Below the pieces are notes generated by a model. The model was not told where the DNA came from. It did not search any database and was given only the letters and a program-made list of their open reading frames with translations. The position numbers were made by a program, and so were the translations under genes. This document shows positions 1 to 9,687 of a DNA stretch of 64,000 bases, in pieces (positions within the stretch are counted from its first letter, which is position 1; every line of letters starts with the position of its first letter). The DNA comes from an uncultured Acidimicrobiia bacterium (GTDB taxonomy: Bacteria > Acidobacteriota > Terriglobia > Versatilivoradales > Versatilivoraceae), in contig CAWBAT010000002.1 in assembly GCA_963786955.1 (NCBI GenBank), positions 64,001 through 128,000 on the forward strand. Direction: 5' to 3'.

Positions 1-2295
1 CGTGCGGATGCTTCCACCCTGAGCGTCATTCAAAATGTGCGGCAGGCCCTCCCGAGGATGCGCAATGTGGCGCCCGAGGATGTCAAGATCGACTTGGTGT
101 TCGACCAGTCGGGATACGTGGTCAGCGCCCTCCGAGGGTTGATCAACGAAGGTCTCATGGGCGCCTGCTTGACCGGATTAATGATCTTGCTCTTCCTTCG
201 AGACTTTCGAAGCGCACTGATTGTCGTCGTCACCATACCCTTTGCATTGCTTACAGCAGTCGTTTGTCTCTGGGCAACCGGTCAGACAGTCAACATCATG
301 ACGTTGGGCGGCCTTGCGCTTGCAGTGGGCGTTCTTGTAGATGAGGCTACCGTGTCAATTGAAAGTATTCACACCCACCTAGCCTCCGGCCTGTCTCGTG
401 CTCGGGCTGTTGTCGAAGCCTCAAGTAAAACTGCCATCCCACGCTTGCTGGCCATGCTCTGTGTGCTATCGGTGTTCTTGCCCTCGTTCTTCATGACCGG
501 TGTTGGCCGCCAGTTATTCGTTCCACTATCTTTGGCCGTCGGTTTCGCTATGGTGTCTTCTTACCTGCTGTCGAGCACGCTCGTCCCGGTCCTCTCTATG
601 TGGTTGATGCGAGCCAAGCAGGAAAGCGGCGAAGGGTTTTTCGACAAGCTGCGGTCCGTCTATCGCGGCTACTTGAATTTCCTCCTTCGCTTTCGCTGGC
701 CGCTGGCGGGAGGCTACCTCGTCGTGACTGGAGCACTGATCGCGCTGCTATTTCCGAGGATGGGCACGGAGATTTTCCCTGCGGTGGAAGCCCGGCAGCT
801 CCAGCTGCGTCTCCGTGCGCCCACAGGCACGCGAATCGAGAGAACAGAAGTCGTTGCCCTCAAAGCGATTGACGTCATCAAACAGGCTGTGGGTCCTGAC
901 AATGTCCAGATTACAACCGGGTTCATTGGCGTGCAACCGCCCAGCTACCCGATCAATACGATCTTCCTGTTTACCAGCGGGCAGCAGGAAGCCGTCCTGG
1001 GCGTGGCGCTGAAGCCCTCAGCACCTCCCGTCAGTGATGCTCTGAAGGAGACGTTGCGCCAGAAATTGAAAGAAGCTTTACCAGACGTTTCGGTCTCATT
1101 TGAAGCCGCAGACATCATCAGCCGAGTGATGAGCTTTGGTTCACCGACGCCGATTGAAGTGGCGGTGCAAGGACCCAGTTTGCCGGCCAACCGGAGCTTT
1201 GCCGAAAAGCTGCGGGTTGAATTGGAGAAGGTGTCTTCGCTGCGGGATCTGCAATACGCCCAACCGCTGGATTACCCCACAATGGAAGTGACCATCGACC
1301 GCGATAGGGCCGGGCAGTTCGGAATTGCCGTGGCCGACGTGGCTAAGTCGCTGGTGGCCGCGACTTCTTCGAGTCGTTTCACGGATCCAAACTTCTGGAG
1401 GGACCCGAAGAGCGGAAATGCCTTCCAGATTCAGGTCGAGATTCCGCAACACAAAATGGCTTCGATCGAAGACGTTGAAAATCTCCCCGTGATGAATCCT
1501 GCTGCTGCTGGCAATGAGGCCTCGCGGCCACTGTTGGGGGATGTGGCCAAAGTGGACTACGGGACGGCTCCGGGGGAAGTGGATCGTTACAACATGCAGC
1601 GCGTGGTGAGCTTCACCGCAAACATCCACGGAAAGCCCTTAGGACAAGTGGTCGGAGAAGTTAGAAAGGCCATCGCACGGGCAGGGGAGCCGCCACGCGG
1701 AATTACCGTCTACACTCGCGGACAAGTCCCAGCCTTTGAGGAAACGTTTGCAGGACTCCGAACGGGCCTACTGCTCTCCGTCGCGGTGATTTTTATCTTG
1801 CTGGCCGCCAACTTTCAGTCCTTCAGACTCGCCTTCGCCGTCGTTTCGACGGTGCCGGCAGTGGTTTGCGGTGTGCTTCTGATGTTACTTCTCACCGGCA
1901 CGACGATGAACGTGCAATCCTTCATGGGCGCCATCATGGCAATTGGCATCTCAGTCGCCAACGCGATTCTGCTCGTCACCTTCGCAGAGAATGCCCGTCG
2001 CAGCGGGGAGGGTATTCGCGGTGCAGCCATCGAGGGCAGCAGCGGGCGGCTTCGTGCCGTCCTGATGACGGCCATGGCTATGATCGCCGGAATGATACCC
2101 ATAGCCATTGGCTCCGGAGAGCGAGCCCAGGCCGCTCCTCTCGGGAGAGCCGTAATTGGGGGACTGGTGTTAGCAACGATCGCAACCTTGACATTCCTGC
2201 CTGCGATATACGCAATTCTGCAGGCGAAAGCTAAACCAGAGTCCCCATCCTTAAATCCCAATGACCCAGAAAGCAAATATTATGAGCCTGTGTAA
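1..2295 (+). CDS. RND efflux transporter permease subunit (AcrB/CusA family), 5' end outside window
   Basis: Frame is open from base 1. RND motifs include NIMTLGGLALAVGVLVDEA, GISVANAILLV and RLRAVLMTAMAMIAGMIP, with multiple TM segments. Confidence 0.93.
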   Translation, partial: RADASTLSVIQNVRQALPRMRNVAPEDVKIDLVFDQSGYVVSALRGLINEGLMGACLTGLMILLFLRDFRSALIVVVTIPFALLTAVVCLWATGQTVNIMTLGGLALAVGVLVDEATVSIESIHTHLASGLSRARAVVEASSKTAIPRLLAMLCVLSVFLPSFFMTGVGRQLFVPLSLAVGFAMVSSYLLSSTLVPVLSMWLMRAKQESGEGFFDKLRSVYRGYLNFLLRFRWPLAGGYLVVTGALIALLFPRMGTEIFPAVEARQLQLRLRAPTGTRIERTEVVALKAIDVIKQAVGPDNVQITTGFIGVQPPSYPINTIFLFTSGQQEAVLGVALKPSAPPVSDALKETLRQKLKEALPDVSVSFEAADIISRVMSFGSPTPIEVAVQGPSLPANRSFAEKLRVELEKVSSLRDLQYAQPLDYPTMEVTIDRDRAGQFGIAVADVAKSLVAATSSSRFTDPNFWRDPKSGNAFQIQVEIPQHKMASIEDVENLPVMNPAAAGNEASRPLLGDVAKVDYGTAPGEVDRYNMQRVVSFTANIHGKPLGQVVGEVRKAIARAGEPPRGITVYTRGQVPAFEETFAGLRTGLLLSVAVIFILLAANFQSFRLAFAVVSTVPAVVCGVLLMLLLTGTTMNVQSFMGAIMAIGISVANAILLVTFAENARRSGEGIRGAAIEGSSGRLRAVLMTAMAMIAGMIPIAIGSGERAQAAPLGRAVIGGLVLATIATLTFLPAIYAILQAKAKPESPSLNPNDPESKYYEPV

Positions 2296-3382
2296 ACTCT
2301 TCATTTGTTTCCTCCTTTCGACGCCACTGCTGGCCCAAACCCCGGTTGAATGCGTTCGAGTGATCTCGAAGTCGATGGACCGCCAGATTCAACTTCCTGG
2401 CGAGCTCCTTCCGTACCTCAGTGTCCCCATCCACGCCAAAGTGGCAGGGTTTGTTGAGAGGGTGGATGTAGACCGGGGGAGTGTCGTTAAAAAAGGCCAG
2501 GTTCTCGCGACTCTGGTGGCGCCGGAGGTGGAGACTCAGATCGCAGAGGCTCAATCCAAGGCTCAGGCGGTGGAATTACAACGTGCCGAGGCTATCGCAA
2601 AATATTCCTCGGCAAGTAGCACTTACGACCGTCTGAAGACCGCATCTGCGACTCCTGGTGTCGTGGCTGGAAATGACGTGGTTGTGGCGGAAAAGAATAT
2701 GGAAGCGGCACAGGCATTGGTCAACGCCTATGAAGGCTCTATCAAGGCTGCCCAGGCATCAGTCCAATCGCTGAAGGCCTTGGAGAAGTATCTCACGATT
2801 ACTGCACCCTTCGATGGCATCATCACCGAGCGTGCGATACACCCAGGGACATTGGTAGGCCCGAATTCAGGCATGGGTACCACGCCGCTGCTGATGCTGG
2901 AACAACTCAATCGACTTCGGCTGGTGGTTGCCGTTCCCGAATCTCAAGTTGGTGGCATCGTTAAGAACGCTCGTGTGCCATTCACGCTACCAGCGTTTCA
3001 GGGGGAAACTTTCTACGGGGTGGTAAGCCGGATTGCCCACGTTCTGGACCAGAAGACGCGCACGATGGCGGTAGAGCTTGACGTCACGAATCCAGGTCTC
3101 AGGTTGGCCTCGGGCATGTATCCGGAAGTTCTTTGGCCCGTACGAAAGAACCGGCCGGCTTTGCTCGTCCCGCCAACAAGCATAGTGACGACCACCGAAC
3201 GCACCTTCGTCATCCGGATAAAAAACGATGTCGCTGAATGGGTGGCAGTGTCTCGCGGCGCATCGGCGGGAGATCTCGTTGAGGTTTACGGGCCATTGCA
3301 CGAGGATGACCTTATTGCTCGACGCGGGAGTGATGAACTGCGAGAAGGCACGCGAGTTAAAGTAAGCTTGCCGGCGCACTGA
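2282..3382 (+). CDS. RND efflux periplasmic adaptor (membrane fusion protein)
   Basis: Signal peptide MSLCKLFICFLLSTPLLAQ, lipoyl-like halves (VDRGSVVKKGQVLATL, ITAPFDGII) flanking a coiled coil, and overlap with the permease 3' end. Alternative start at 2261. Confidence 0.9.
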   Translation: MSLCKLFICFLLSTPLLAQTPVECVRVISKSMDRQIQLPGELLPYLSVPIHAKVAGFVERVDVDRGSVVKKGQVLATLVAPEVETQIAEAQSKAQAVELQRAEAIAKYSSASSTYDRLKTASATPGVVAGNDVVVAEKNMEAAQALVNAYEGSIKAAQASVQSLKALEKYLTITAPFDGIITERAIHPGTLVGPNSGMGTTPLLMLEQLNRLRLVVAVPESQVGGIVKNARVPFTLPAFQGETFYGVVSRIAHVLDQKTRTMAVELDVTNPGLRLASGMYPEVLWPVRKNRPALLVPPTSIVTTTERTFVIRIKNDVAEWVAVSRGASAGDLVEVYGPLHEDDLIARRGSDELREGTRVKVSLPAH

Positions 3383-3605
3383 GAGGGTCGTGGTTAAAGG
3401 GTGGAATGGCTGGATGTTTCAACCGCTGATTGACATACAGCGAAGCGAATCCGGTAACGAGCAACAACAATCTTACTTAATGATGAATATGGTCCTGAGC
3501 GATACCAGCCGATGAATTCATCGATCGCTTCCATATCGACGCCTTAAAGAGGGCAGCAGTTAGACTGTCCTAGACAGCGCAGAACCCGCATCTGTCGATC
3601 TGTAT

Positions 3606-3626
3606 GGGGTCAGGTCTTGACATTCT
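3606..3626 (+). repeat. GGGGTCAGGTCTTG motif, probable end remnant of a Y1-transposase-associated element
   Basis: TGGGGTCAGGTCTTGACATT matches the GGGGTCAGATCTT units at 42180-42228 beside a transposase C-terminal remnant. Confidence 0.35.
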
Positions 3627-3803
3627 ACAGTTCCAGTCCATCCAGTTGGGCTTTTAGGGGGCCGGGCAGATAATGGCTCGGGCCAGCCGCTCCCGCGACA
3701 TCCTAATCCTCCGGCTCATTCGTGTATGTGGATCGATGCACGCCTTGACAACTGCTCTTTCTTTCGGTTTACTAGTCCAACTTAGAATCGGTGGATTCCT
3801 TCA

Positions 3804-4918
3804 ATGGCTCAAGTTCTCATTGCATGTGTAGGCGGCTTTCTCGGGGCAGGCAAGACAACGGCTCTCGCCAGTGCTGCGCGAGAATTGATCTCTCGCAGAT
3901 TGAAGGTCGGCATCATCACCAACGACCAGGGAGAGCAGTTGATCGATACGCTGGTGATGCGCGCTCACGGTTTGGCAACTGAAGAGATCGTTGGAGGATG
4001 TTTCTGTTGCAAGTTTGACGAACTGGTGGAGCACGCCGAACAGATCCTGGACCAGGGCTGCCCGGACGTGATCCTGGCGGAGGCGGTAGGCAGCTGCACG
4101 GATCTTTCCGCCACCGTCTACCAGCCTTTACGTAAATACTATGCTTCCCGTTTCGACCTTGCTCCGCTTTCGATCCTGGTCGAGCCTGCACGGATACAAG
4201 ACTTTTCGGATCCTCTCAAAGCTCCTTCCCCGAATCGGTGGAGTATCTCTTCAAAAAGCAGTTGGCCGAAGCGGATCTCATCGTTCTCAACAAGAGTGAT
4301 CTGGTCGACCGAAAGGAGCTCCAGTTTCTCCATAAGGCCATCAAGGCGACGGTTGGGGAAATCCCCAGTCATGAAATGAGCGCACTCACAGGCGATGGCG
4401 TCCCTGGCTGGGTCGATCGGCTCCTGGATGGACGTGCCGCAGGTACTCGCATCCTGGAAATTAACTACAACACCTACGCCGAGGCTGAGGCCTCACTGGG
4501 TTGGCTCAATGCCACCGTGGAGATTACTTCGGCAAGCAATTTTTCACCTCAAGAGGCAGGCAAGGCATTACTTGAAAAGATCCGTACCCGCTGCCTCGGC
4601 GAGAATGCTACGATCGCTCATCTCAAGATTCTGATAGCCACCGTTGAAGGTAGTGACCGCATCGCTCTCACCGAGAGCCGCGGACAGGCCCAGTGGAGTG
4701 AGGGTAAAGAGTTCGCTCCTGCTTCCGAGGCCTCGGTGATTATCAACGCCCGGGTATGCCTGGCTCCTGAAAAACTAAGGCAGATCGTGGAAGAGTCCGT
4801 AGCTGAGACGGAAAAGGACCTTCAAGTCACATCCAGCGTTCAGGACATCGAGTCGTTCAGCCCTAGCCCGCCTCGACCGACGCATCGCTTCAACGAAACC
4901 GTTGCCGAGGCTGGCTGA
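3804..4918 (+). CDS. CobW/HypB/UreG-family (G3E) P-loop GTPase, putative metallochaperone; frameshifted near 4202-4206
   Basis: Walker A GGFLGAGKTT, metal motif GCFCC and EAVGSC lie in ORF 3804-4379. G4 motif NKSD lies in ORF 4238-4918. Adding one base near 4202-4206 gives a single 371 aa protein (...RIQDLFGSSQSSFPESVEYLF...). Confidence 0.85.
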
Positions 4919-5022
4919 GTGGTGGGCCGTGCAGTAGTAGGTTTGCTTATCTTCTTCGGTTCGTCCCGGTCCTTGTGAAGGAATACCAGAATCTAAAGCT
5001 GCTTAAACTTACGAGACCTACA

Positions 5023-7824
5023 ATGAAGACCAAGATTAATCGCAGAGAGTTTATCGTGGCTACCTCGGCAGCAGCCATCGGGGCAGCCTCGCCAATCCAG
5101 GGAAAGGAATCCGCCCCACCCGCCCAGGCTTTCCGCTCTTCCTCCGGTTCACTCATTCCTTATGCCCATCGAGAACTGCTTCACCAAGGACCGCAGCGGA
5201 CCTTTACGGCCGGGCATCTTTCAGAGATCGCTTTCCCGCTGGGTGGCATTGGGACAGGTACCGTGTCACTTGGCGGGCGCGGCGAACTGCGCGATTGGGA
5301 AATCTTCAATCGTCCCGGCAAAGGAAAGCTCCTGCCCTTCACCTATGTGGCGCTCTGGTCCAAACCGGTGGGCGGGACGGCAACCATCCAGGTTGTTGAA
5401 GGACCTTTGACTCCACCCTACCGCGGTGGATTTGGCTATGAGCGCGAGTCGGCCCAGGGACTACCCCGCTTCAAAGGTGCCCGCTTCACCGGAGCCTACC
5501 CTTTTGCTCGAATTGACTTCGAAGACGACAAATTGCCGGTCAACGTCTCGCTGGAGGCTTTTAATCCCTTTGTGCCTCTCAATGTGGACGACTCCAGTTT
5601 GCCGGTGGCCCTTTTTCACTATCGTGTGACGAATCAGGGCAAGGAACCGGTGGATCTCTCACTCGCTTTCTCCATCCTCAATGCCGTTGGCTACGATGGA
5701 TTAGCCCGGCTCGGAAGCGAGGAGTACGCAGGATTTGGGAAGAACATAACCCGATTACGCAGCGAAACGATCAGTCCGGAATTGAAAATCACGGGGCTGG
5801 ATATGATTTCCGAGAAATATGCGGCTGATAGCCCTCTGTTCGGCTCCATGGCCCTGTTGACCACCCATTCCGAGGCGACCGGCCGCACCGGCTGGGAGGG
5901 TGGCAAGTGGTGGGACTCGTTTCAGAAGTGGTTCGATGAGTTTGCCGCCAGAGGCGAAATGCACGATCCGAAGCCGTCTGAAGTCTCGCCGGATGGACGT
6001 TCGAACTATGCCACGCTGGCCCCACATCTGCGGCTGGCGCCGGGGGACTCCAAAACCATCACCTTCCTTTTAGCTTGGTATTTTCCAGTGCGAGAGAACT
6101 ACTGGAATAAGGAGAAAGAGGTCAAAGGTCAGAGGATACGCAATGACTACGGCATGCGATTCAAGAGTGCCTGGGAAGTGGGACGCCACACTGCTCTGAA
6201 TCTGAAAGCTCTGGAAGACAAAACGCGCTCGTTTCATCAGGCGTTCTTTTCCAGCACTCTTCCGGCTCATGTGTTGGACGCAGTCTCGAGCCAGGCGTCC
6301 ATCATCCGTACCAACACCTGTCTGCTTCTGGAGGGAAAGCAGTTTTTCGCCTTCGAAGGTTGCGGGGACGATAACGGCTGCTGCCCCATGAACTGCTCCC
6401 ACGTCTGGAATTATGAGCAGGCGCTGGCTTTTCTCTTCCCGGAGCTGGAACGTTCCATGCGCCGCACCGACTTCAAAAACAACATGCGGCCTGATGGGTC
6501 TATGGCTTTTCGCACGCTGGTGCCGGTAGGTTATGGTCAATGGAAATTCAAGCCTGCAGCAGACGGGCAGATGGGCTGCATCATGAAGCTCTACCGCGAG
6601 TGGCAGTTCTCAGGCGACGACGCCTTCCTGAAGGAGCTCTGGCCGAATGCTAAGCAGGCTCTTGAATTTGCTTGGCATCACTGGGACGCCGATCAGGATG
6701 GTGTGATGGAAGGAGAGCAGCACAACACCTATGATATTGAGTTCTACGGACCCAATACGATGATGGGTACGCTCTACCTTGGAGCTTTGAGTGCCGCGGA
6801 GCGCATGGCCGTAGTGGTGGGAGACAAGGAGGCAGCGGACAAGTATCGCCGCATCCGGGAGAGCGGGAGCAGGAAACTGGAAGAGCTCTGGAACGGAGAC
6901 TACTACGTCCAAAAAGTTCCGCCGGTGGAGCAGCTCCATACCCAGGAGAAAGGTTCTGAGGAAACCTGGCATGCTGATGCAGTCCAGAATGGGCAGATTC
7001 GCTACCAGTATGGCGACGGCTGTCTTTCGGACCAGATGTTGGGGCAGTGGTTCGCGTCGGTCGTGGGTCTGGAATATGCGCTGACGCCTGAGCGAGTACG
7101 CAAAACTCTGCGCTCCATTTATCGTTACAACTACAAACACAGCTTTTACGATCATCCCAATACGCAGAGAATTTATGCCTTGAACGACGAGAAAGGATTG
7201 CTTCTCTGTACTTGGCCGAAAGGAAATCGCCCCGCGCTTCCTTTTGTCTATTCCGACGAAGTCTGGACCGGCATCGAATATCAGGTTGCAGCCCACTTGA
7301 TTTACGAAGGGCTTCTCGACGAGGGGCTGTCGATTGTGAAAGGAATCCGCGACCGATATGACGGGGCGAGGAGGAATCCCTGGAACGAGGTGGAATGCGG
7401 ATCGCACTACGCTCGCGCGCTCGCAAGCTGGTCGGTACTGCTGGCGCTCTCAGGATTCCACTATTCAGCTTCGGAGCAGAGTCTCGCCTTTGCTCCAGGC
7501 CTCAATGATCAAAACTTTCAATGCTTCTTCACGACAGGCTCCGGCTGGGGTGTCTACAAGCAACATCTGGACAAGCCGGCTCTCGAGGCCAGCCTGGAGG
7601 CTCGCTATGGCGAGGTCCGGCTGCGGACATTGCGGTTGCGGAACGAGTTGGGCACCCCTTCCGTTTTGATCGCTTTAGCCATCGCACCGGGCGGTAAGCG
7701 CCTCAGCGCCGCCAAAGTCAGCCGCGATGGGGATTTCATTGAAATTGATCTTGGAGAAGAGGTCGTAGTGCCTGCTGGAAAGGTGCTAGCGATTAGACTA
7801 GCATCCGGCTCTTCCCAGGCTTGA
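5023..7824 (+). CDS. GH116 family glycoside hydrolase (non-lysosomal glucosylceramidase-like), Tat-exported
   Basis: Tat motif INRREFI. Family motifs PLGGIGTG, FEG (nucleophile region), HNTYD (acid/base region), DEVWTGIEY and NEVECGSHYARA. Confidence 0.9.
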   Translation: MKTKINRREFIVATSAAAIGAASPIQGKESAPPAQAFRSSSGSLIPYAHRELLHQGPQRTFTAGHLSEIAFPLGGIGTGTVSLGGRGELRDWEIFNRPGKGKLLPFTYVALWSKPVGGTATIQVVEGPLTPPYRGGFGYERESAQGLPRFKGARFTGAYPFARIDFEDDKLPVNVSLEAFNPFVPLNVDDSSLPVALFHYRVTNQGKEPVDLSLAFSILNAVGYDGLARLGSEEYAGFGKNITRLRSETISPELKITGLDMISEKYAADSPLFGSMALLTTHSEATGRTGWEGGKWWDSFQKWFDEFAARGEMHDPKPSEVSPDGRSNYATLAPHLRLAPGDSKTITFLLAWYFPVRENYWNKEKEVKGQRIRNDYGMRFKSAWEVGRHTALNLKALEDKTRSFHQAFFSSTLPAHVLDAVSSQASIIRTNTCLLLEGKQFFAFEGCGDDNGCCPMNCSHVWNYEQALAFLFPELERSMRRTDFKNNMRPDGSMAFRTLVPVGYGQWKFKPAADGQMGCIMKLYREWQFSGDDAFLKELWPNAKQALEFAWHHWDADQDGVMEGEQHNTYDIEFYGPNTMMGTLYLGALSAAERMAVVVGDKEAADKYRRIRESGSRKLEELWNGDYYVQKVPPVEQLHTQEKGSEETWHADAVQNGQIRYQYGDGCLSDQMLGQWFASVVGLEYALTPERVRKTLRSIYRYNYKHSFYDHPNTQRIYALNDEKGLLLCTWPKGNRPALPFVYSDEVWTGIEYQVAAHLIYEGLLDEGLSIVKGIRDRYDGARRNPWNEVECGSHYARALASWSVLLALSGFHYSASEQSLAFAPGLNDQNFQCFFTTGSGWGVYKQHLDKPALEASLEARYGEVRLRTLRLRNELGTPSVLIALAIAPGGKRLSAAKVSRDGDFIEIDLGEEVVVPAGKVLAIRLASGSSQA

Positions 7825-8153
7825 TCGAAGACCCATCGAGCAGATGCTAATTTCGAAGCAGAACTGAGAAGGACTTTCATTTAAGATTTTGGGAGGTTTA
7901 TTTGACATGTACACTCTTGGAGAAAAGTTTGCGTAAATATCCTGCAACCGGTCAGATTCGCAAGAGTGACTAGGTTGGCCGCATTGTTACCATCCCCCGA
8001 GCTCCCCTATGGGCAACCTCGAAATCGACCCAGTTGGAATTGATTCTGACGGTTGTTGTGTTACCTTAATGAAATAGGAATCCCCTTGTACCGTCTTCCC
8101 GAGAACTGCAGGCGGGGAAAAGCTTTCCCCAGCAAACGATAAGGAGTTTCACC

Positions 8154-9101
8154 ATGACGACACATTCCTCCGCAACCTCAACTCAAAAGCAAGAACTCTA
8201 CGAACACATTGTGGATGCATTTGGCGCAATCTTCGGAATACATCCTGGTTACCGTCCCGCGCACGCAAAAGGGATCGTGTGCGAGGGCATATTCACCCCG
8301 GCCGCAACGGCCGCCTCCCTGAGCCGTGCGCCGCACTTTCAACGTGGTTCGGTGCCAGTCACTGTTCGATTTTCTAATTCTACGGGCATCCCCAACATTC
8401 CCGATGGTGATCCGAAAGCAAGTCCACGTGGGCTCGGAATTAAGTTTCACCTACCCGGCGGGGTCCACACAGACATTGTGGCGCATTCGCACAACGGTTT
8501 CCCCGTCGGCACAGCCGAGGATTTTCTCGGATTCTTACAAGCAGTGGCCAGCAGCGGCCCAAACGCCCCGAAACCGACCCCCATTGAGGCATTCCTAGGT
8601 ACCCACCCGCGAGCCCTGGCTTTTGCAACCACGCCGAAACCTGCACCAGTAAGTTTCGTGAAAGTATCGTACTACGGAGTGCATGCCTTTAAATTCATCA
8701 ACCGGGAAGGTGCAAGCCAATTTGCCCGCTATCAAATTCATCCTGCGGAGGGTGAAGCGCACCTTGGCGATGCCGAAGCAGCCCAGCGGCCGATGAATTT
8801 TCTATTTGACGAACTCCAGGAACGCTTATCACATGGGCCCGCTGAGCTAAGGTTAGTTGCCCAGGTTGCCGGAGCAGGGGACCCAATTGATGATGCGTCT
8901 ATCTCTTGGCCGGCAGACCGCCGTCAGCTGGAATTGGGCTCTATCAGCTTAACAAAACTGGTTGAAGACAGCGAAGCGGCTCAGCGGAAACTTATTTTTG
9001 ACCCGATAGCGCTGGTTGATGGGATCGAGCTATCCAATGATCCACTGCCGCCTGCGCGGTCAGCCATTTACAGCATCTCGTACAAGCGACGCAATCCGTA
9101 G
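8154..9101 (+). CDS. Catalase-related peroxidase (small SrpA-like catalase family)
   Basis: RPAHAKG (distal His), VRFS, and RSAIYSISY (proximal Tyr). 315 aa with an AAGGAG RBS. Confidence 0.92.
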   Translation: MTTHSSATSTQKQELYEHIVDAFGAIFGIHPGYRPAHAKGIVCEGIFTPAATAASLSRAPHFQRGSVPVTVRFSNSTGIPNIPDGDPKASPRGLGIKFHLPGGVHTDIVAHSHNGFPVGTAEDFLGFLQAVASSGPNAPKPTPIEAFLGTHPRALAFATTPKPAPVSFVKVSYYGVHAFKFINREGASQFARYQIHPAEGEAHLGDAEAAQRPMNFLFDELQERLSHGPAELRLVAQVAGAGDPIDDASISWPADRRQLELGSISLTKLVEDSEAAQRKLIFDPIALVDGIELSNDPLPPARSAIYSISYKRRNP

Positions 9102-9162
9102 CCGACAGACTGTTCTTTTGGCAGCTCCAGTCAGTAAAAGTGAGAATAATATGCGCAAGAGA

Positions 9163-9312
9163 TAAGTTGCGGAAATCCGCCATAATTGTTGTAGCCGGCC
9201 TCGCTGAGGCCGGCCCCTGCCCGGGGCCAACGGCCCCGGCTACAACATCTCAACACTTGCTGTTCCCGGCCCCAGCGGGGCCAGCTACAACACGGACTTC
9301 CGCAACTTAGTA
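9163..9312. mobile_element. Miniature inverted-repeat element with GTAG-type REP core, copy 1
   Basis: 17 bp terminal IR TAAGTTGCGGAAATCCG / CGGACTTCCGCAACTTA (1 mismatch) with internal TGTAGCCGG...CCGGCTACA hairpins. Homologous to 42394-42494. Confidence 0.7.
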
Positions 9313-9687
9313 TTAGTGACCCTTGGCTGCTGCAGCGGCTTCGAGGACTTCTTTGGTTTTGGCCTTCAACTCAGATAAGTCCGATGACTTTACGATATAA
9401 GCTTTGGCAGCCCAGCTTAGAAAGTCTTCTTTGAAATAGCTATAGGCGGAGTTCAAGATGATCGGTGGATTTGAGGGAGATTCCATGACCTGTTTAAGGG
9501 TCTCCAGTCCGTCAAGACCCGGCATCCGAATGTCTAAAATGACCAAATCGACCGCCTGCAAATAGAGCTTTTCTAAAGCTTCTGTTCCGCTGCTTGCAGT
9601 AAGAACGTCATATCCATCTTCCAGAAACTCTCGTTGATAGAGTTTTAAGAGGTTTTTTTCATCATCCACGATTAACAAGGTGCTCAT
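9313..9687 (-). CDS. Single-domain response regulator (CheY-like receiver)
   Basis: LIVDDE, DLVILDIRMP (phosphoacceptor Asp) and YIVK. Overlaps the 3' end of the kinase gene. Confidence 0.93.
   Translation of the reverse strand: MSTLLIVDDEKNLLKLYQREFLEDGYDVLTASSGTEALEKLYLQAVDLVILDIRMPGLDGLETLKQVMESPSNPPIILNSAYSYFKEDFLSWAAKAYIVKSSDLSELKAKTKEVLEAAAAAKGH

Noticed and set aside
3383-3803. Cobalamin riboswitch or strong promoter upstream of the CobW-like gene
   Set aside because: No B12-box is recognisable. TTGACA at 3745 has no convincing -10 at 16-18 bp.
4195-4240. Programmed -1 frameshift in the CobW-like gene
   Set aside because: No canonical slippery heptamer or stimulatory structure is seen. 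A simple indel or assembly error is more parsimonious.
6610-7426. Long antisense ORFs (265 and 258 aa) within GH116, and similar ones at 48100-48837, 49447-50049 and 52772-53509
   Set aside because: Shadow or alternate-frame ORFs of well-supported genes, with no motifs.
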